Shown: piece by piece, positions 37,411 to 50,194 of the stretch
Layout: each line of letters starts with the position of its first letter
Position numbering within the stretch: the first letter of the stretch is position 1
DNA from: Chiloscyllium plagiosum
Taxonomy: Eukaryota
Direction: 5' to 3'
Length of the DNA: 64,000 bases
NCBI RefSeq assembly: GCF_004010195.1
Contig: NC_057720.1
Coordinates: forward strand, 29,309,949-29,373,948
The notes under the pieces: generated by a model
The model's input: only the letters and a program-made list of their open reading frames with translations
Told to the model about the DNA's origin: nothing
Databases searched by the model: none
Made by a program: the position numbers and the translations under genes

Positions 37411-37512
37411 AGTTCTGATGAAGAGTCACTGCACTTGAAGTGTTGACTCTGCTTTCTCCCCATGGATACTGACAGAACTGCTGAATTTTTCCAGCAAATT
37501 TGGTTTTTGTTG
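37411..37512 (+). mobile_element. Old mini PLE pLTR insertion starting at the hammerhead core
   Basis: AGTTCTGATGAAGAGTCACTGCACTTGAAGTGTTGACTCT...; imperfect TSD TATCACAGCA / TGTCATAGCA. Confidence 0.65.
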
Positions 37513-38291
37513 TGTCATAGCATGTGACTTGAGCATACAAAGGTCTCAATCTTCATCTTACTTTGTACTGCTTGAAGCATAACACTTCGCTGGAAGCATG
37601 CTGCTTTGTTGTTACCTAATGGTGTAATATTAGCCCAGGCATGTGCCTGAAGAATGTAACATTTATACATAATAGTTAGTTGTTATAAGTTTCCATTGGA
37701 TTCTTTAATACCATAATATTCAGTGTCTGTTTCACATGTTTGGGAGATAACATAAGCATTGTCACATCAGGTAAAACACTGGTGGCAAATTCACACCATT
37801 CTACTCCTTTACTTTCTTTTTGCACTTATTGGACTTTTACAATTTTATGATATTCCATTTTTCATTTATCTAAATGACTTCTATCTTTACTTATTTATGA
37901 ATTTTGAAACATCTTATAATTTCATTTGCTTTAATGAAATTTATTTATTCTATACTGCTAATATATTTTGAACAAATCTCACTGTTACTGATATCCTGTA
38001 ATATGCCCACACTAATACAACATTAACATGGAGCACTCCAATTCTGAATGCATCACTTCTTCTCTGCATTAATCATCCTTCCAGTATCTATTTAACTGTA
38101 TTGCCATGCAGCCATTTTTCTTATTTCACTTTCACTCCGAATAAGACCATAAGACATGGTGGCTCGGTGGTTTGTACTGCTACCTCACAGCGCAAAGGAT
38201 CCAGGTTCAATTCCACCCTTGGATGACTGTTTATATAAAGCTAACAATGAGCCACCACCACACTCACGTTTGCATTGTCATTCACCTCTTC

Positions 38292-38594
38292 GGGTGGCAC
38301 AGTAGTTAGCATTGCTGCCTCACAGCGCCAGAGACTCGGGTTCAAATCCCGCCTCGGGCAACTGTCTGTGTGGAGTGTGCACATTCTTCCCGTGTCTGCG
38401 TGGGTTTCCTCCGAGTGCTCCGGTTTCCTCCCACAGTCTGAAGATGTGCCGATTAGGTGAACTGGCCATGCTAAATTGCCCGTGGTGTTAGGTGAAGGGG
38501 TAAATGTGGGGGGTGGGTTGCTCTTCGGAGGGTCAGTGTGGACTTGTTGGACCGAGGGGCCTGTTTCCACACTGTAAGTAATCTAATCTAATCT
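38292..38594 (+). mobile_element. HE1-like V-SINE (separate 5' fragment at about 38155-38232)
   Basis: A box, GGGTTCAAATCCC B box, V-domain, tail (TAATC)n. Confidence 0.92.
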
Positions 38595-38659
38595 ACATAA
38601 GAGCAGAAATTAGGCCATTTAGTCCATTGAGTCTGTTCCATGACTGATAAATTTCTCAA

Positions 38660-38841
38660 GGAGAAAGTGAGGGCTGCAGATGCTGGAGATTAGAGTTGAC
38701 AGTGTGGTGTTGGAAATGCACAACAGGTCAGGTTGCATCCTAGGAGCAGGAAAATCAATGTTTCAGACAAAAGCCCTTCATCAATTTTCCTGCTCCTTGG
38801 ATGTTGCCTGACCTCCTGTGCTTTTTCAACACCACACTCTC
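38660..38841. mobile_element. Family-A PLE fold-back pLTR pair inserted in an old minus-strand CR1 3' end (about 38595-38980)
   Basis: Inverted arms; TSD GACTGATAA(A/G)TTTCTCAA at 38642-38659 and 38842-38859. Confidence 0.88.
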
Positions 38842-40111
38842 GACTGATAAGTTTCTCAACCCCATTCTCCTGCTTTCTACCCATAATCCTTGATCCCCTT
38901 GACACCCAATAACCTATCTAGCTCAGTCTTAAAAATACTCAATGATTTGGCTTCCACAGCCTTCCATGGCAATGAATGTAATAAGTGTCAGTTTAATGTG
39001 AAAATATTATTAGTGTTAAATTGTCCAGCTATTTGTAGTTGTGAGTTTCAAAAAATGTTTGCTGTGAATTGGAATTAAACTTGAACTATAAAGCTAGGTT
39101 AATATTTAACAGTACAAGGAACCTTTTAATGTCAAAGTTAATGCTCGTACAATGCCACTCCATCTTTCTGACCAAAGAAACGAAAAATTTAAACTATGGA
39201 TTCTAATTAATGTGACTGTAAATTGTTTTTAAAGACTTTTGAAATTCAAGTTTAAAATCTTTGTTTTTCCTTATTTTCCTACTCCTTTTTCTCTCATTCT
39301 CTTAATCCAGTATTTCTTTATTTAGTTTAACTTCTCTATCTACACTTGATTTGATCGTAATTCACCCAAATATCTTTTCATTATACTTTTATGTTTCTCT
39401 ATCCTTTGAACATATTGGCTGTGGATCATCATTTAAAATGTGGGCTATTTAATACTTAAAACCTTATTAATTAACTTAAAAGCCTTGGACATTGGGTTAA
39501 GAGAAAAATGTTAAAAATAGACATGGAAACATTGAAATGATTGGAAAAGTAACCAAACTGCTAGGAAAATACAAAGGAATGCCTTAGTTGGGATTGGCTA
39601 CCACACTGGAAAGGCTATCTGATGGATAATTACCTGGATATTAACCTATGTCATCTGGAATATATAATCCTCAATGAAACTTCCAAATATCTCTGGGGAC
39701 AAGAGTTCCCAGCTATAGGTATTGCTAAAGCAAAGACTAAAACCTGAAATCCATTATGCAAAGGGGAAAATTGAAGCCCCTCTATCTATGTCAAAGGATA
39801 GCTGGGGAACTCTGACAATGCAACAGCAAAGCTTTTAAAAATGGATTGTCCCCATTGTGGACTGACATCCAGTTTTTCACACATCTTCTGAGCTGTGGCT
39901 TTTTGTTACAGAATGAAATATAGACATCTGGAATAATGGTGTTAAGTCCATGAATTTGCCATTAGCATCAAGAATAAGGACTGTTGCCCAGTTCTGTAAA
40001 AAGTGATCAACTGAGAGAAAACTGACTGCAACTTGAGATTGTTTAAAAAAATTAGACTACCATACAAATGTCTCCAAGAGAACATCCTCCACTTTTGTAT
40101 ATCTGTTTACT

Positions 40112-40265
40112 TAGAACATAGAACACAGAACACTACAGCACAGTACAGGCCCTTTGGCCCTCGATGTTGCACCGACCTGTCATACCAATCTGAAGCCCAT
40201 CTAACCTACACTATTCCATGTACGTCCATGTGCTTGTCCAATAACAACTTAAATGTACTTAAACT
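40112..40265 (-). mobile_element. Short CR1 3' end
   Basis: Reverse complement of the tail seen at about 280-420. Confidence 0.8.
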
Positions 40266-40530
40266 TGTTTGCATTCTGTGTGTATTTGGGACTTCTTTTA
40301 TCTTTTAAACATATTTTATATCTCACTTCAGTAAACTAAACTCCTTTAATTATGATAAACTTAAGGAGGTTTGTCTAACATTCTTCATAGCTTTACTGCA
40401 TGTAAAAGCACTTACAGAATAACGAGCAACCACATATTTTTAAACATTAAAATTTTGTCATACCAATGTCGGAACTAAGAAAGGAGGAATTTATTCTGTT
40501 TCTGGGCTTGTTTATAACACTAGAAAGACT

Positions 40531-40742
40531 TCAAAGTTTGTGCGAAGATTTGTAGCTCGGGTGCTCGTTGTTGTGGTTCTGTTCGCCGAGCTGGAAGCTG
40601 GCAGGGACAGACCACTATAAACACGGAAGGAAATATCAAAGAAGCGCTTTGCAGGAGGCTCCCAAGCACTGATGATGTTGCCTAGCCAGTGGACGAAACG
40701 TTTGCAACAAAAACTTCCAGCTCGGCGAACAGAACCACAACA
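40531..40742. mobile_element. Family-C PLE fold-back pLTR pair with hammerhead at 40666-40705 (+)
   Basis: GCACTGATGATGTTGCCTAGCCAGTGGACGAAACGTTTGC; perfect 12-bp TSD ACTAGAAAGACT at 40519-40530 and 40743-40754. Confidence 0.92.
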
Positions 40743-40974
40743 ACTAGAAAGACTGTTAGTCTTATCATTCACTAATGCCCTAGGTGTACTTCTTCACACC
40801 AATAACAATTTGTATTTCCAACGTAAAAGAATTTTAGGTGAAAATTGAAATGAACAGTCAAATGCTAGTGCCACAAGATGTCCAACTGCATAAAACATTG
40901 AGCCATTAATGTGTTTTCCCTGTGATGACTTAAAAAAATTATTTTTTTCTAAGACATTATACCAGCAGAATTAT

Positions 40975-41290
40975 TTTTTTAAAAAGTTTGTTCATAGATG
41001 TGGGCGTCACTGTCACGATCAACGTTGTCAGTCTATTCTTAATTGCCATGTAGATGGCAGTGCTGAGCTACTTCCTTGAATTGCTGCTGTCAACATGATG
41101 TAGATACACTCACAATGCCTAGTGGGAGAGATTTCCGGCATTTTGATCCAGTGACAGTGAAAGGACAGTGAAGGAACAGTGATATATTTCCAAGTCAATA
41201 TAGAGCTTGACTTGGAGGAGAACTTGCAGTTGTTGATGTTCCCATGTGTTTGGTGCCCTTGTCCTTCTACGCAACAAAGACTGTGGGTTT
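40975..41290 (-). mobile_element. 3' end of CR1-group LINE (second family)
   Basis: Reverse complement of the 14830-15115 type end (CAGTGAAGGAACAGTGATATATTTCCAAGTCA). Confidence 0.7.
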
Positions 41291-41494
41291 AGCCCCCCAT
41301 AAATGATGGAGAATGAGACATTTCTTCACATTTGGTACATAAAAGGCAATTGTACCAGATTAAAAATCATATTGAGTCTACTACAACTTCCCAATATGCA
41401 GTCTTGGTGTCCACTGGTTGCTCAGTGATGTGAAAATAGTCCATAAAGTGTTAAAATGAAGTACTCATGGTGCTTCAACTAAGCAAGGGTCAAA

Positions 41495-41665
41495 AAGAAA
41501 CAAGTCTCATTTATGTACTAACCTTCACAACCTCAAGATATCACAAATTGCACTACTGATAATGAACTACTTTTGAAGTTAGTCATTGTTGTAACAGAAA
41601 AATACTGTGGCCTATTTGCACAAAGCAAGATTATATAAACTTCATTAATAAATAATCTGCTTTCA
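41495..41665 (-). mobile_element. Deu-SINE (SacSINE1/AmnSINE1-like) 3' remnant
   Basis: AATGAACTACTTTTGAAGTTAGTCATTGTTGTAA...TATTTGCACAAAGCAAGAT resembles the reverse of the Deu-SINE 3' region, recognised from memory. Confidence 0.5.
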
Positions 41666-41827
41666 TGCTTTTCAAATTTAAACTTGAAAACATTAGTAAT
41701 TAATTTTAATTGTGTTGGGTTGACGTTGGGATAATTTACTAATTAATGCTGCACGTATATACTGTTCCAATACAATAACATTTTATAAACACACTCCTCA
41801 GCAAAAAGGCAAATTCAGAAAAATAGA

Positions 41828-42161
41828 AACTTGATGTCTGTGTCGATATGTGCGATCTTCTTGGAGATCCTCTCCACTTTAACCCGGCACTTAGTGGTGT
41901 CGATAGTAGTCATGATTTGGAGATGCCGGTGAAGGACTGGGATGTACAAAGTTAAAAATCACACAACACCAGATTATAGTCCAACAGGTTTAATTGGTCC
42001 AACAGGTTTAATTGGAAGCACTAGCTTTCAGAGTGCCACAACCTGATGAAGGAGCGGTTCTCTGAAAGCTAGTGTGCTTCCAATTAAACCTGTTGGACTA
42101 TAACCTGGTGTTGTGTGATTTTTAACTTTGTACATCCCAGTCCAACACCGGCATCTCCAAA
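41828..42161. mobile_element. Family-B PLE palindromic pLTR pair including the ORF N-terminus; hammerhead at 42037-42076 (+)
   Basis: Inverted arms spanning 41913-42164; perfect 13-bp TSD TCAGAAAAATAGA at 41815-41827 and 42162-42174; CCTGATGAAGGAGCGGTTCTCTGAAAGCTAGTGTG. Confidence 0.92.
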
Positions 42162-43211
42162 TCAGAAAAATAGATTTGTGTCATAGGAAACCCAGTAGCA
42201 GAGAAAAGCCCCAACTTTTAGCTGTAACTGAGAGAGGGAAAAGATAGCTTCTACATCTTCAAAACTGCAGCAGCTTCTGCTCTGGTGAGACTCCAACATC
42301 AGCTGCTTAAAGCTAAACCTGAAAACCAAAAAAACCCTCAAAATCCTAGTCTGTGAGAGCTGGCCATACCCAGCCAGGCTGCTTCTACTGTTCCAACCTT
42401 TTAAAAAAACCCAAGGCCTCACAAGCTATTTACTTTACTGGTTTTTCCAAGTAGGCAGCATGGCACCTCTGTCTTAAAACCTTTCTCTGCAGAATGAATG
42501 TGCTCATGCATCAAATGCTTGCGAAAAGTGCCCCACTGTCAAGGGGGCAATGGGATGAGTGGAAGATATCAATTAAGTATGTGATTATATTGGGGCTTTA
42601 AGAGTTTATTTTGTCCTGATTTTTTAAATATGTGCAAAGATATATTTCCATGTTAAGTGTAGCTGCAGTTTGCAAACATATGCTTCATGTATTGTCCCTT
42701 CAATGTCCTAGCATCCAGCAGACATGGATCTCATGCTTTTGACCATCAAACTGACACTGATTCTGCCTCCCCTGACCATTATCTCAGCTACTTTCAAACT
42801 TCTATTCCAATCTAGAGAACAGCATATAATGGCAGGGAATTATCTCACAGTGGATACCATTAAAACTGGGCTCTGCCTGGTCATTAGGTACACCCCCAGA
42901 GTCTCCATGCCTCCTAGTACCTTGTTCTACCCCAATAGCTCATTTCCAACTATCCCCAACATCATATGGAGACTCACCCATCAAACTTTGCCTCCTAATG
43001 CCCTTCCCACACCCTATAATTACATCTTAATGATGCCCACCCTGCTCTGCTATGCTTCCCCTCTGAAGGCAATGTGGTGGTTACCAATAACCATTCTCCC
43101 CTCATAGCCATTCTCACACCTCCACTAATTCCTCATCTTTCCCATCCTTCCCTGCCCCCCCCAAACAGCCTTGACACTCCCTGCTCCTGTTCACTGTGAT
43201 CCCACACAGCA

Positions 43212-43567
43212 TATTAGATATTAGATTAGATTAATTACAGTGTGGAAACAGGCCCTTCGGCCCAACAAGTTCACACCGACCTGCCAAAGCGCAACCCACC
43301 CAGACACATTCCCCTATATTTCACCCCTTCACCTAACACCCATGGGCAATTTAGCATGGCCAATTCACCTAACCTGCACATTTTTGGACTGTGGGAGGAA
43401 ACCGGAGCACCCGGAGGAAACTCACGCAGACATGGGGAAAATGTGCAAACTCCACACAGACAGTTGCCCGAGGTGGGAATTGAACCCGGGTCTCTGGCAC
43501 TGTGAGGCAACAGTGCTAATCACTGTGCCATCGTGCCGCCCATAACCACTATGCCACCGTGCCGCCC
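43212..43567 (-). mobile_element. HE1-like V-SINE with duplicated 5' end
   Basis: Full SINE on minus strand; GCCA(T/C)CGTGCCGCCC occurs twice within 43527-43567. Confidence 0.92.
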
Positions 43568-46500
43568 ATCTTTAGGCTCTCCTTGTGTCTTCCTTAATGA
43601 TCGACGGACAGACCCCCAGGATAGTATTCACTGTTGGCATCTGACTGACTTCAACAAGCAGCCTTTAGACATGACTAACTAGAGCTCTAATGCTGCTTTT
43701 GCAGCTCCCTTACTGATGGTGTGTGACTCCCATGGCTGCTAAGAGGCTGATCATTCCCCATTCTCCAGACGGCAGTTGGACAGATCCCCTAATGGTGAGC
43801 ATATCAAATGGATGACTGACTGTGGCCAAACCCATGGACTGTATATGGACTGTGCCTCTGTTGACAGTCCCCTTGACAACAGCAGGTCCCCCTTGTGGGG
43901 CTAAGAATTAGCCCCAACCCACTTCCCAGTTTGGCCGTTTGATTGAAAATACACATGCAGTCTGTCTGTCATGTGGTCTGCTGGCACTTGCTGTAGGTGT
44001 CAGATTGATGTCTCAACATGTTGTACAGTAGGAGCCCTCCCACTCCCCAATCCATATTGACAGGCTGCCTACCTGTGTCTCTGTGCAAAAGAGCATGTCA
44101 ATATGGCAGCAGTGACAGTCTTTGGCTCGGTCTAAAGTACCAACATGCGAACACATATTGCATGGCAAGGCGAAGAGTGGATGCTGAGAACATGTAAGTA
44201 GGCACTAAGTAAGTGAACGCTCAGAAGGCAAGTGAGTTCATGGAGGATGGGTACCCAATGCTGACGTTGTCGGGTAGCCCGCTCTGACTTTCATATTGAA
44301 GTTTCTTAGTTTGTTTGGCACGTTTCCTAAGATCGGAGTTTGAATATTGCTGCTGTGAGTTGTGGCATTAATCAGTCATTTATCAAACTATAATCTCCCT
44401 TAACTGACAACTCCTCACATCCGAGTGAGAAACTCTCTGCAGTGCATAGCACAAAAGATGCAGCAAGAAGCACCTGACATCAAGACAGACTTTGCCAGGC
44501 TGAATGTTTTCAGCATAGTCTGCTTTTGTTCCAGATTTCCAGCATCGGCAGTATTCAGCTTTTTGCACTTACCTTGATTAGGGCATTTTCTGCTACAGGC
44601 TAAGTTTATACTTTTCTTGCTATCTGCTGCTGCAAAGTTAACAATAGGCACAGTTAGCCGAACTGGCTTTACTCTTCGAGGTCAGTCATTTCAATTCATT
44701 ATTCCTTGTACAGCTTTGGTCTTGAGCACAAAGCAAACCTGATGCAGGGACATGGAGTGAAACATCGGGCCAGCTGATTAAATACAAAATGATGGCTGTA
44801 ATTATAGTAATGTGTCCCAAATGCAGACAAATATTATTGCTGTTAAGCTAATGGGGAGAAGCAGCAGCAGCAACTGACCAAGTAACATGGCAACCCATGT
44901 TGCAGGCATGCGGAGGGTACCCTCCTAGGTGTTTGACAGTGCCATGATAAACATAAACAGAATGTTTCCCTAACATGGTCTGACCAATCTCTGAGAATAT
45001 GTGGGCAACAAAATGAAAGGCATGACATTAAGACAAGGTACAGTTCCTCAGAAAGGCACTATCATTTGTGATTTTATGTTGCCTTGCTTTATGCACAATT
45101 TGAAAGGTGAGAGGTCAGCCTGAAAGAAGTCCAGGAAAAGACAGTACAGCTTCAATCTTGGGACAGAACATTAGAAATTGTTCTGAGCAAGGCAGTGCAA
45201 GGAAGGCTCATCATTGTTGGCTCAGGCATGCTCCTCACAAACTTTCTGTCACACAAAGTGGTGGCAAAGTAGGTCAATGCAGTGGCTATTGTTATGTACT
45301 CTTCCTCTCCCAAGGGGAAGACGCTTCTGAGGGAAAGTATTATTACTAAGGTCTGAACATACAAATTAGGAACAGGAATAGGCCCCTCCATCGCTCCAGC
45401 TTGCTCCCCATTTAATACAATAGTTGCTGATCAGATAACTCTATATTCCTGCTTACCCACAACAACCTTTCAACCCTTTAACTCAGTTTCTTTTTACTGG
45501 TGCTCCCTGACCTGATGAGTTTTTCTAAAACATTTTCTGTGTAATTCCCCTGGCCTGTCACACTCTTTGCTTGAGCTGAACCAACTGTGGTACTAAAGTC
45601 TAAGCATTTGCATTTGATATTTCATTTGCATGGGCTTCTTGCACAAGAATAAGACAAGCTACATTCATACATGATACATATTTTACGTACTTGAATATTG
45701 TTTTTTTGCAAAACTTTTCTTCTGGCAGTCAACAGGACAGTTTGTAAGAATGCCAACATAAAAGGGAACAATATTTTTATTCTTGTTAGTAGAGGCATTG
45801 CTATTGGGAATGCATCAGTTAGATTAAGACTGACAATTAACTGCCAAGCTTTGTTTAAATTTAAACCAGGCAGGGTGACTCTGTTTGGCCAAGTTAATAC
45901 TTTGAAAAATAAACTAGAGAATGGTTGTCATTTGTTCAATTCAGTCAGGACAGGTGAAATTTGTGCGTATGTTCTTCCTGCCTACGATGGTTGGAGCCCT
46001 ATGCATTTCTATATATAATTTAAGCATGTGCAAGTGAGTCACACCACAAACTCAACTGACAATCTTAAATTGATTGTCAGCATTATTCTTAACACACTCA
46101 GAACTATTTAGCAAATACTTAAAATTGTGCCATCACATCCAATGTGGGACCCTATGTTTAGATTTTTGTAAGCAAAGACTGGTTGGCCATATAGTATCTT
46201 GCCTGTTCAAAATAGCCAAAGGGATATAATGTTTGATATGATCTGCCAGTCTTTGGAACATCAGGCCAACATCACATCATCACTGAAATTTAGGTACCAA
46301 TTTTGTCACTTGTATGACAGGAAAACTTCTTTTTGTCTTAATGGCAACACCATGGAGCTCATTATTCTCAACTAGCATCTGCAGGCTCATTATCATTGGA
46401 TTTATGTTCCTCTGTAAGGTTATTGTGCCCTGTGGCATTTTGTTGCGAGGGAAATTATTAAGTACCACAACATCTTAACATGTGTAATCTACTGAAAAAT

Positions 46501-46737
46501 ATTAGAAGGCTTCTCTTACATAAGAAATATAACATTTTTATGCTTTCACTGGAACAGCTATCGAGCAAAATTGTGTAAGCCTGAAGCTGTCAACCTATAA
46601 GGCAGAGCAACAATTATTCCACTAGCTCCAAGCAATAACCCAGGAACTGAAGCAGATGAAACTCAAGGCATGAGTGAGGAGCACAGGCAGCAGTCAAGGA
46701 CAGGGCCAACATTATGACCAGTTTTAGGGCTGTGAGA

Positions 46738-46753
46738 CTCTCTCTCTCTCTCT

Positions 46754-46790
<37 letters not shown>

Positions 46791-46822
46791 CCCCCCCCCA
46801 CCCCCTGCCCCCACCTCCACCC
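46738..46822 (+). repeat. (CT)n microsatellite followed by a C-rich tract
   Basis: Read directly from the sequence. Confidence 0.95.
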
Positions 46823-47879
46823 ACCGACTCAGTTGGAAGATGTGTGTAGTAGCAGAGATAGCAGAATGGTAGTCTATTTATGGATATCCCAACAGTGGTA
46901 TGTTTCTCCGGGTATGGCAAGTACTAGCAGTGGGCTAACATTGGACTAGAACGTCACTAGAATGGTTTAAATAGTTAGAGGCAAGTTTGGGATGATATGG
47001 TAAAAAGTTCTGTTGTACCTTGTAGAGAGAAATACCATGCAATTTGACAAAATTGACACATTTAATATATGACAAGCTTTATCCCTTTGAATTTGTTCAT
47101 TCAGTAAAGTAGGAAGATAACAGAGTTCATTATGCAGCTGAATAATTCTTAAGGTAAAATCCAAAAGGCCCTTATACCATGATAGTTTGCAGCTTTCTAC
47201 AAAAAATTGCTTTCAAATTGCAGCTTCACAGATTGGAATGAAGAATGTCCAGCCTGACTGTGTTTTTTAAATTTGTTGTTTTTATGGGATTGCCCTGATA
47301 TGAAACAAAGCCGCACTATCTAGTTGAAAAAAGGTTAATACTTACATTAAAGGCAGATAGTCTTCTATCATACAAAGATACAATGCAATCAAATGCTGGT
47401 ATTCCAGAGTTCAATGTTAATGGTCTTGGGATGAGTGGTTATTAAAATGTTGATTGCTTGAATGAAAACTACAGGCTTACAGAAAAAATAACAATAAAGT
47501 GTAAATTGAATTCTGTGGTATAATCATTCTTTACTTTTGTAATCTCAGTATTATTGCACCTGCATAAATGTTTGTATCTGATCTAGTGAAGAGTATTGAT
47601 TGGTTTTAAATAGAGAACATTGTATCTATAGAGATATTAACATGTTGTAAAAAAAGTTCTGGAATTCGCCTCCCCAATGGCAATGTCACTTTATCGGCAG
47701 CACATACACTGCAGTGGTTCAGGAAGTGGCTCACCACTACCCTCTCAAGGGTAATAAATACTGGCCATACCAGTGACATCCACATCCCACAAGTGAATTT
47801 TGATAAAAATGGAGATTATAATGACAGAAATTAATCTTATTTTTCTGATGTAGTTTGGTGAATTTGTGAGAGTACATAT

Positions 47880-49940
47880 TTATTCATTATTTATTCATGG
47901 GATTGTGGGCATTGTTGGTTAGGCCAGAATTTATCGCTCATTCACAAATAGTTCCAAGTTGGGATGTTTATGGCAATAGTTGCCAAATGTTTGGAAGGAG
48001 CTTTTTAAGGAGCCTTGGTGAGTTATTGCAGTATCTTGTAGATCGTACACATTGCTGCCATTCTGCATCAGCGATGGAGACAGTGAAGTAGAACGTGGTA
48101 GATAGTGTGACAATCAAATGGGCTGTTTTGCCTTGGATGTTACTAAGCTTTTTATTGGAGGTGGATTCATCTAGGTAAGAGGAGAGTCTTCCATCACAAT
48201 TCTGACTTGTGCCTTGTAAGTAGTTAAGAAGCATTGGGATGTCAGGAGGTGAGTTAGTCATCACAAAGTCCTTAGTATCTGACCTGTTCTTGTAACCAGT
48301 GTATTCAAACAGGTGGTCAGTTCAGTTTCTGGTCAATGGTAATTCCAGAATGTCGGTCTTTGGGGTTTCAGTGATGATAATGCCATTGAATATCAAAGGA
48401 CAATAGTTGTATTCTTTCTTGTCGGAGATGGTTACTGACACTTGGATGGTATGACTACATTTTGCCACTTACAAGTCCAAGAGACAAAAAAACCTGCAGA
48501 TGCTGGAATCTAAAGTAGACAGGCATGAGGCTGGAAGAACACAGCAAGCCAGGCAGCATCAGGAGGTGGAGAAGTCAACATTTCAGGTGGAACCCTTCTT
48601 CAGGAGTGGGGATGGGCGTAGGGAGAGCTGTAATTAAAAGGTGTGGTGGGTACAGGGTGGTGAAGTGGGGATAGGTGAAGACAGATGGAGGGTACGACCT
48701 GGTTGGTCAATGGGAGGAATGTATGTGGTCGGTGGCAGGGAGCTTTGGAAGGGCTGTAGGCTGCATTATGTTCCTCCAACAACTTCCACCTGGCCAGCCT
48801 ACAGCCTGCAGGACTCAATATTGAGTTCTCCAATTTCAAATAACCTCCAAAGCCACCCCCCGACTCCCATCCCAGCACCCTTCATTCCACTCCTCCCATC
48901 CACCAACCAGATTCATTCCTCCCATTGACCAACCAGTCATACCCTCTACCTGTCTTCACCCATCCCCACTTAACCACCCTGCCCCTGCCCCCTTTATCTG
49001 TAGCTCCCCCCACACCGACCCCCAGTCCTGAAGAAGGGTTACACCTGAAACATCGACTTTCCACCTCCTGATACTGCCTTGCTTGTTGTTTTCTTCCAGC
49101 CTCCTGCTTGTCTACTTACTAGTCCAAGCCTGAATGTGTCCAGGTCTTGTTACATTTGGATACAGATTTCTTCATTATCTGAAGGTTGTGAATAATGCTG
49201 AACATTGTACTATCATGGGAGAACTTCTGATCTTATGATGGGGAGAATGTCATTGATGAAGACAGGTCAGCTGAGGGAAGGTTTCCTCACTCATCTTTGA
49301 CTTCGTGCCATGAAATTTTATGGGGTCCATAGTTAATGTTGAGGACTCCAAGAGTAATGCCCTTCCAACTTTATACTAGTGTGCTGCCACCCCTGGTAGG
49401 TCTGTCCTGTTGGTGGGATGATGATGATAATGTCTGGACCATTCTTGTGAGGTATGATCCCAGGAGAATGATTATGTCAGACTACTGCTTGACTGGTTTA
49501 TGGGACAGATTCCCCAATTTTGGCACAGGACCCCAGAAATTATTAAGAAGGACTTTGCAAGGTTGACAGAGCCTGTGTGCCATTCTCATTTCCTGCGGTT
49601 AAGTCAATGCTGGGTGACAAATTCTTCCTTTACACTTCTTTTTATCTGACGTTCTATGATTCATAAAACCTGTACAGCATTTCAGAGTGCATTTAAAAAT
49701 CAACCACATTATTGTAGTCCTGGAGTCACATGTAGGCCAGACCAGGTAAGAATGGCAGATTTTCCTTCTCTAAATAACATTACTTAACCAAGTGGATTTT
49801 TAAAACAATATACTCATCATTACAGTGACTTTACAAAAACTTCAATTGTTATTGAATTCAAATTTAAAATCCATAGGCTTTTGTAATGGTTTACTGTTGA
49901 ATTCAGACTCTCAGCCCTAGTGCAACAACTGGAGTATTCA
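47880..49940 (-). mobile_element. CR1-group LINE (second family), internally deleted copy with 5' UTR, endonuclease start and 3' end; tail-to-tail with a + fragment at about 47660-47805
   Basis: Minus: 5' body CTGGTCTGGCCTACATGTGACTCCAG, then VPKLGNLSHKPVKQ*SDIII, RT C-terminal pieces, 3' end CCCACAATCCCATGAATAA. Confidence 0.75.
48482..49113 (+). mobile_element. PLE (family-A relative) with inverted pLTRs; hammerhead at 49024-49058 (+)
   Basis: Core FHLASLQPAGLNIEFSNFK*; AGTC-CTGAAGA-AGGGTTACACCT-GAAA-CA-TC-GACT; TSD ACTTAC(A/T)AGTCCAAG at 48467-48481 and 49114-49128. Confidence 0.88.
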
Positions 49941-50194
49941 TGAGATTGGTCTAGTTGAATATTTGGACAACGGTGACCATGGGATGTCAATGTTGGGAGA
50001 TTTGACAATGGTAAAGTCAATGAATATACAGGGGGCATGGAGGGAGGGTCGTAGCTTGAATTTCTCTGTTGAAGATGACCATTCTCTGGAACTTGTGTGA
50101 CATTACTATTACTTGCTTTTTACAGCTCAGGACCCTATATTTTTCATGTCTTGCTGTATGTAGGCACAGATGGCATCTATAATTTGAGAATTAG

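Noticed and set aside
41913..42164. miRNA precursor or DNA-transposon MITE
   Set aside because: The arms are PLE pLTR sequence (matching 11836-11916) with a 13-bp TSD; the hairpin is explained by fold-back retrotransposition.
44573..44629. Minus-strand 57-bp exon candidate (CAAG|GTAAGT donor)
   Set aside because: Weak acceptor, unrecognised peptide, abuts a PLE tail fragment; no partner exons.
42490..45300. Possible Harbinger internal region or transposase C-terminus (CFMHNL near 45090)
   Set aside because: Too degenerate to support by eye.
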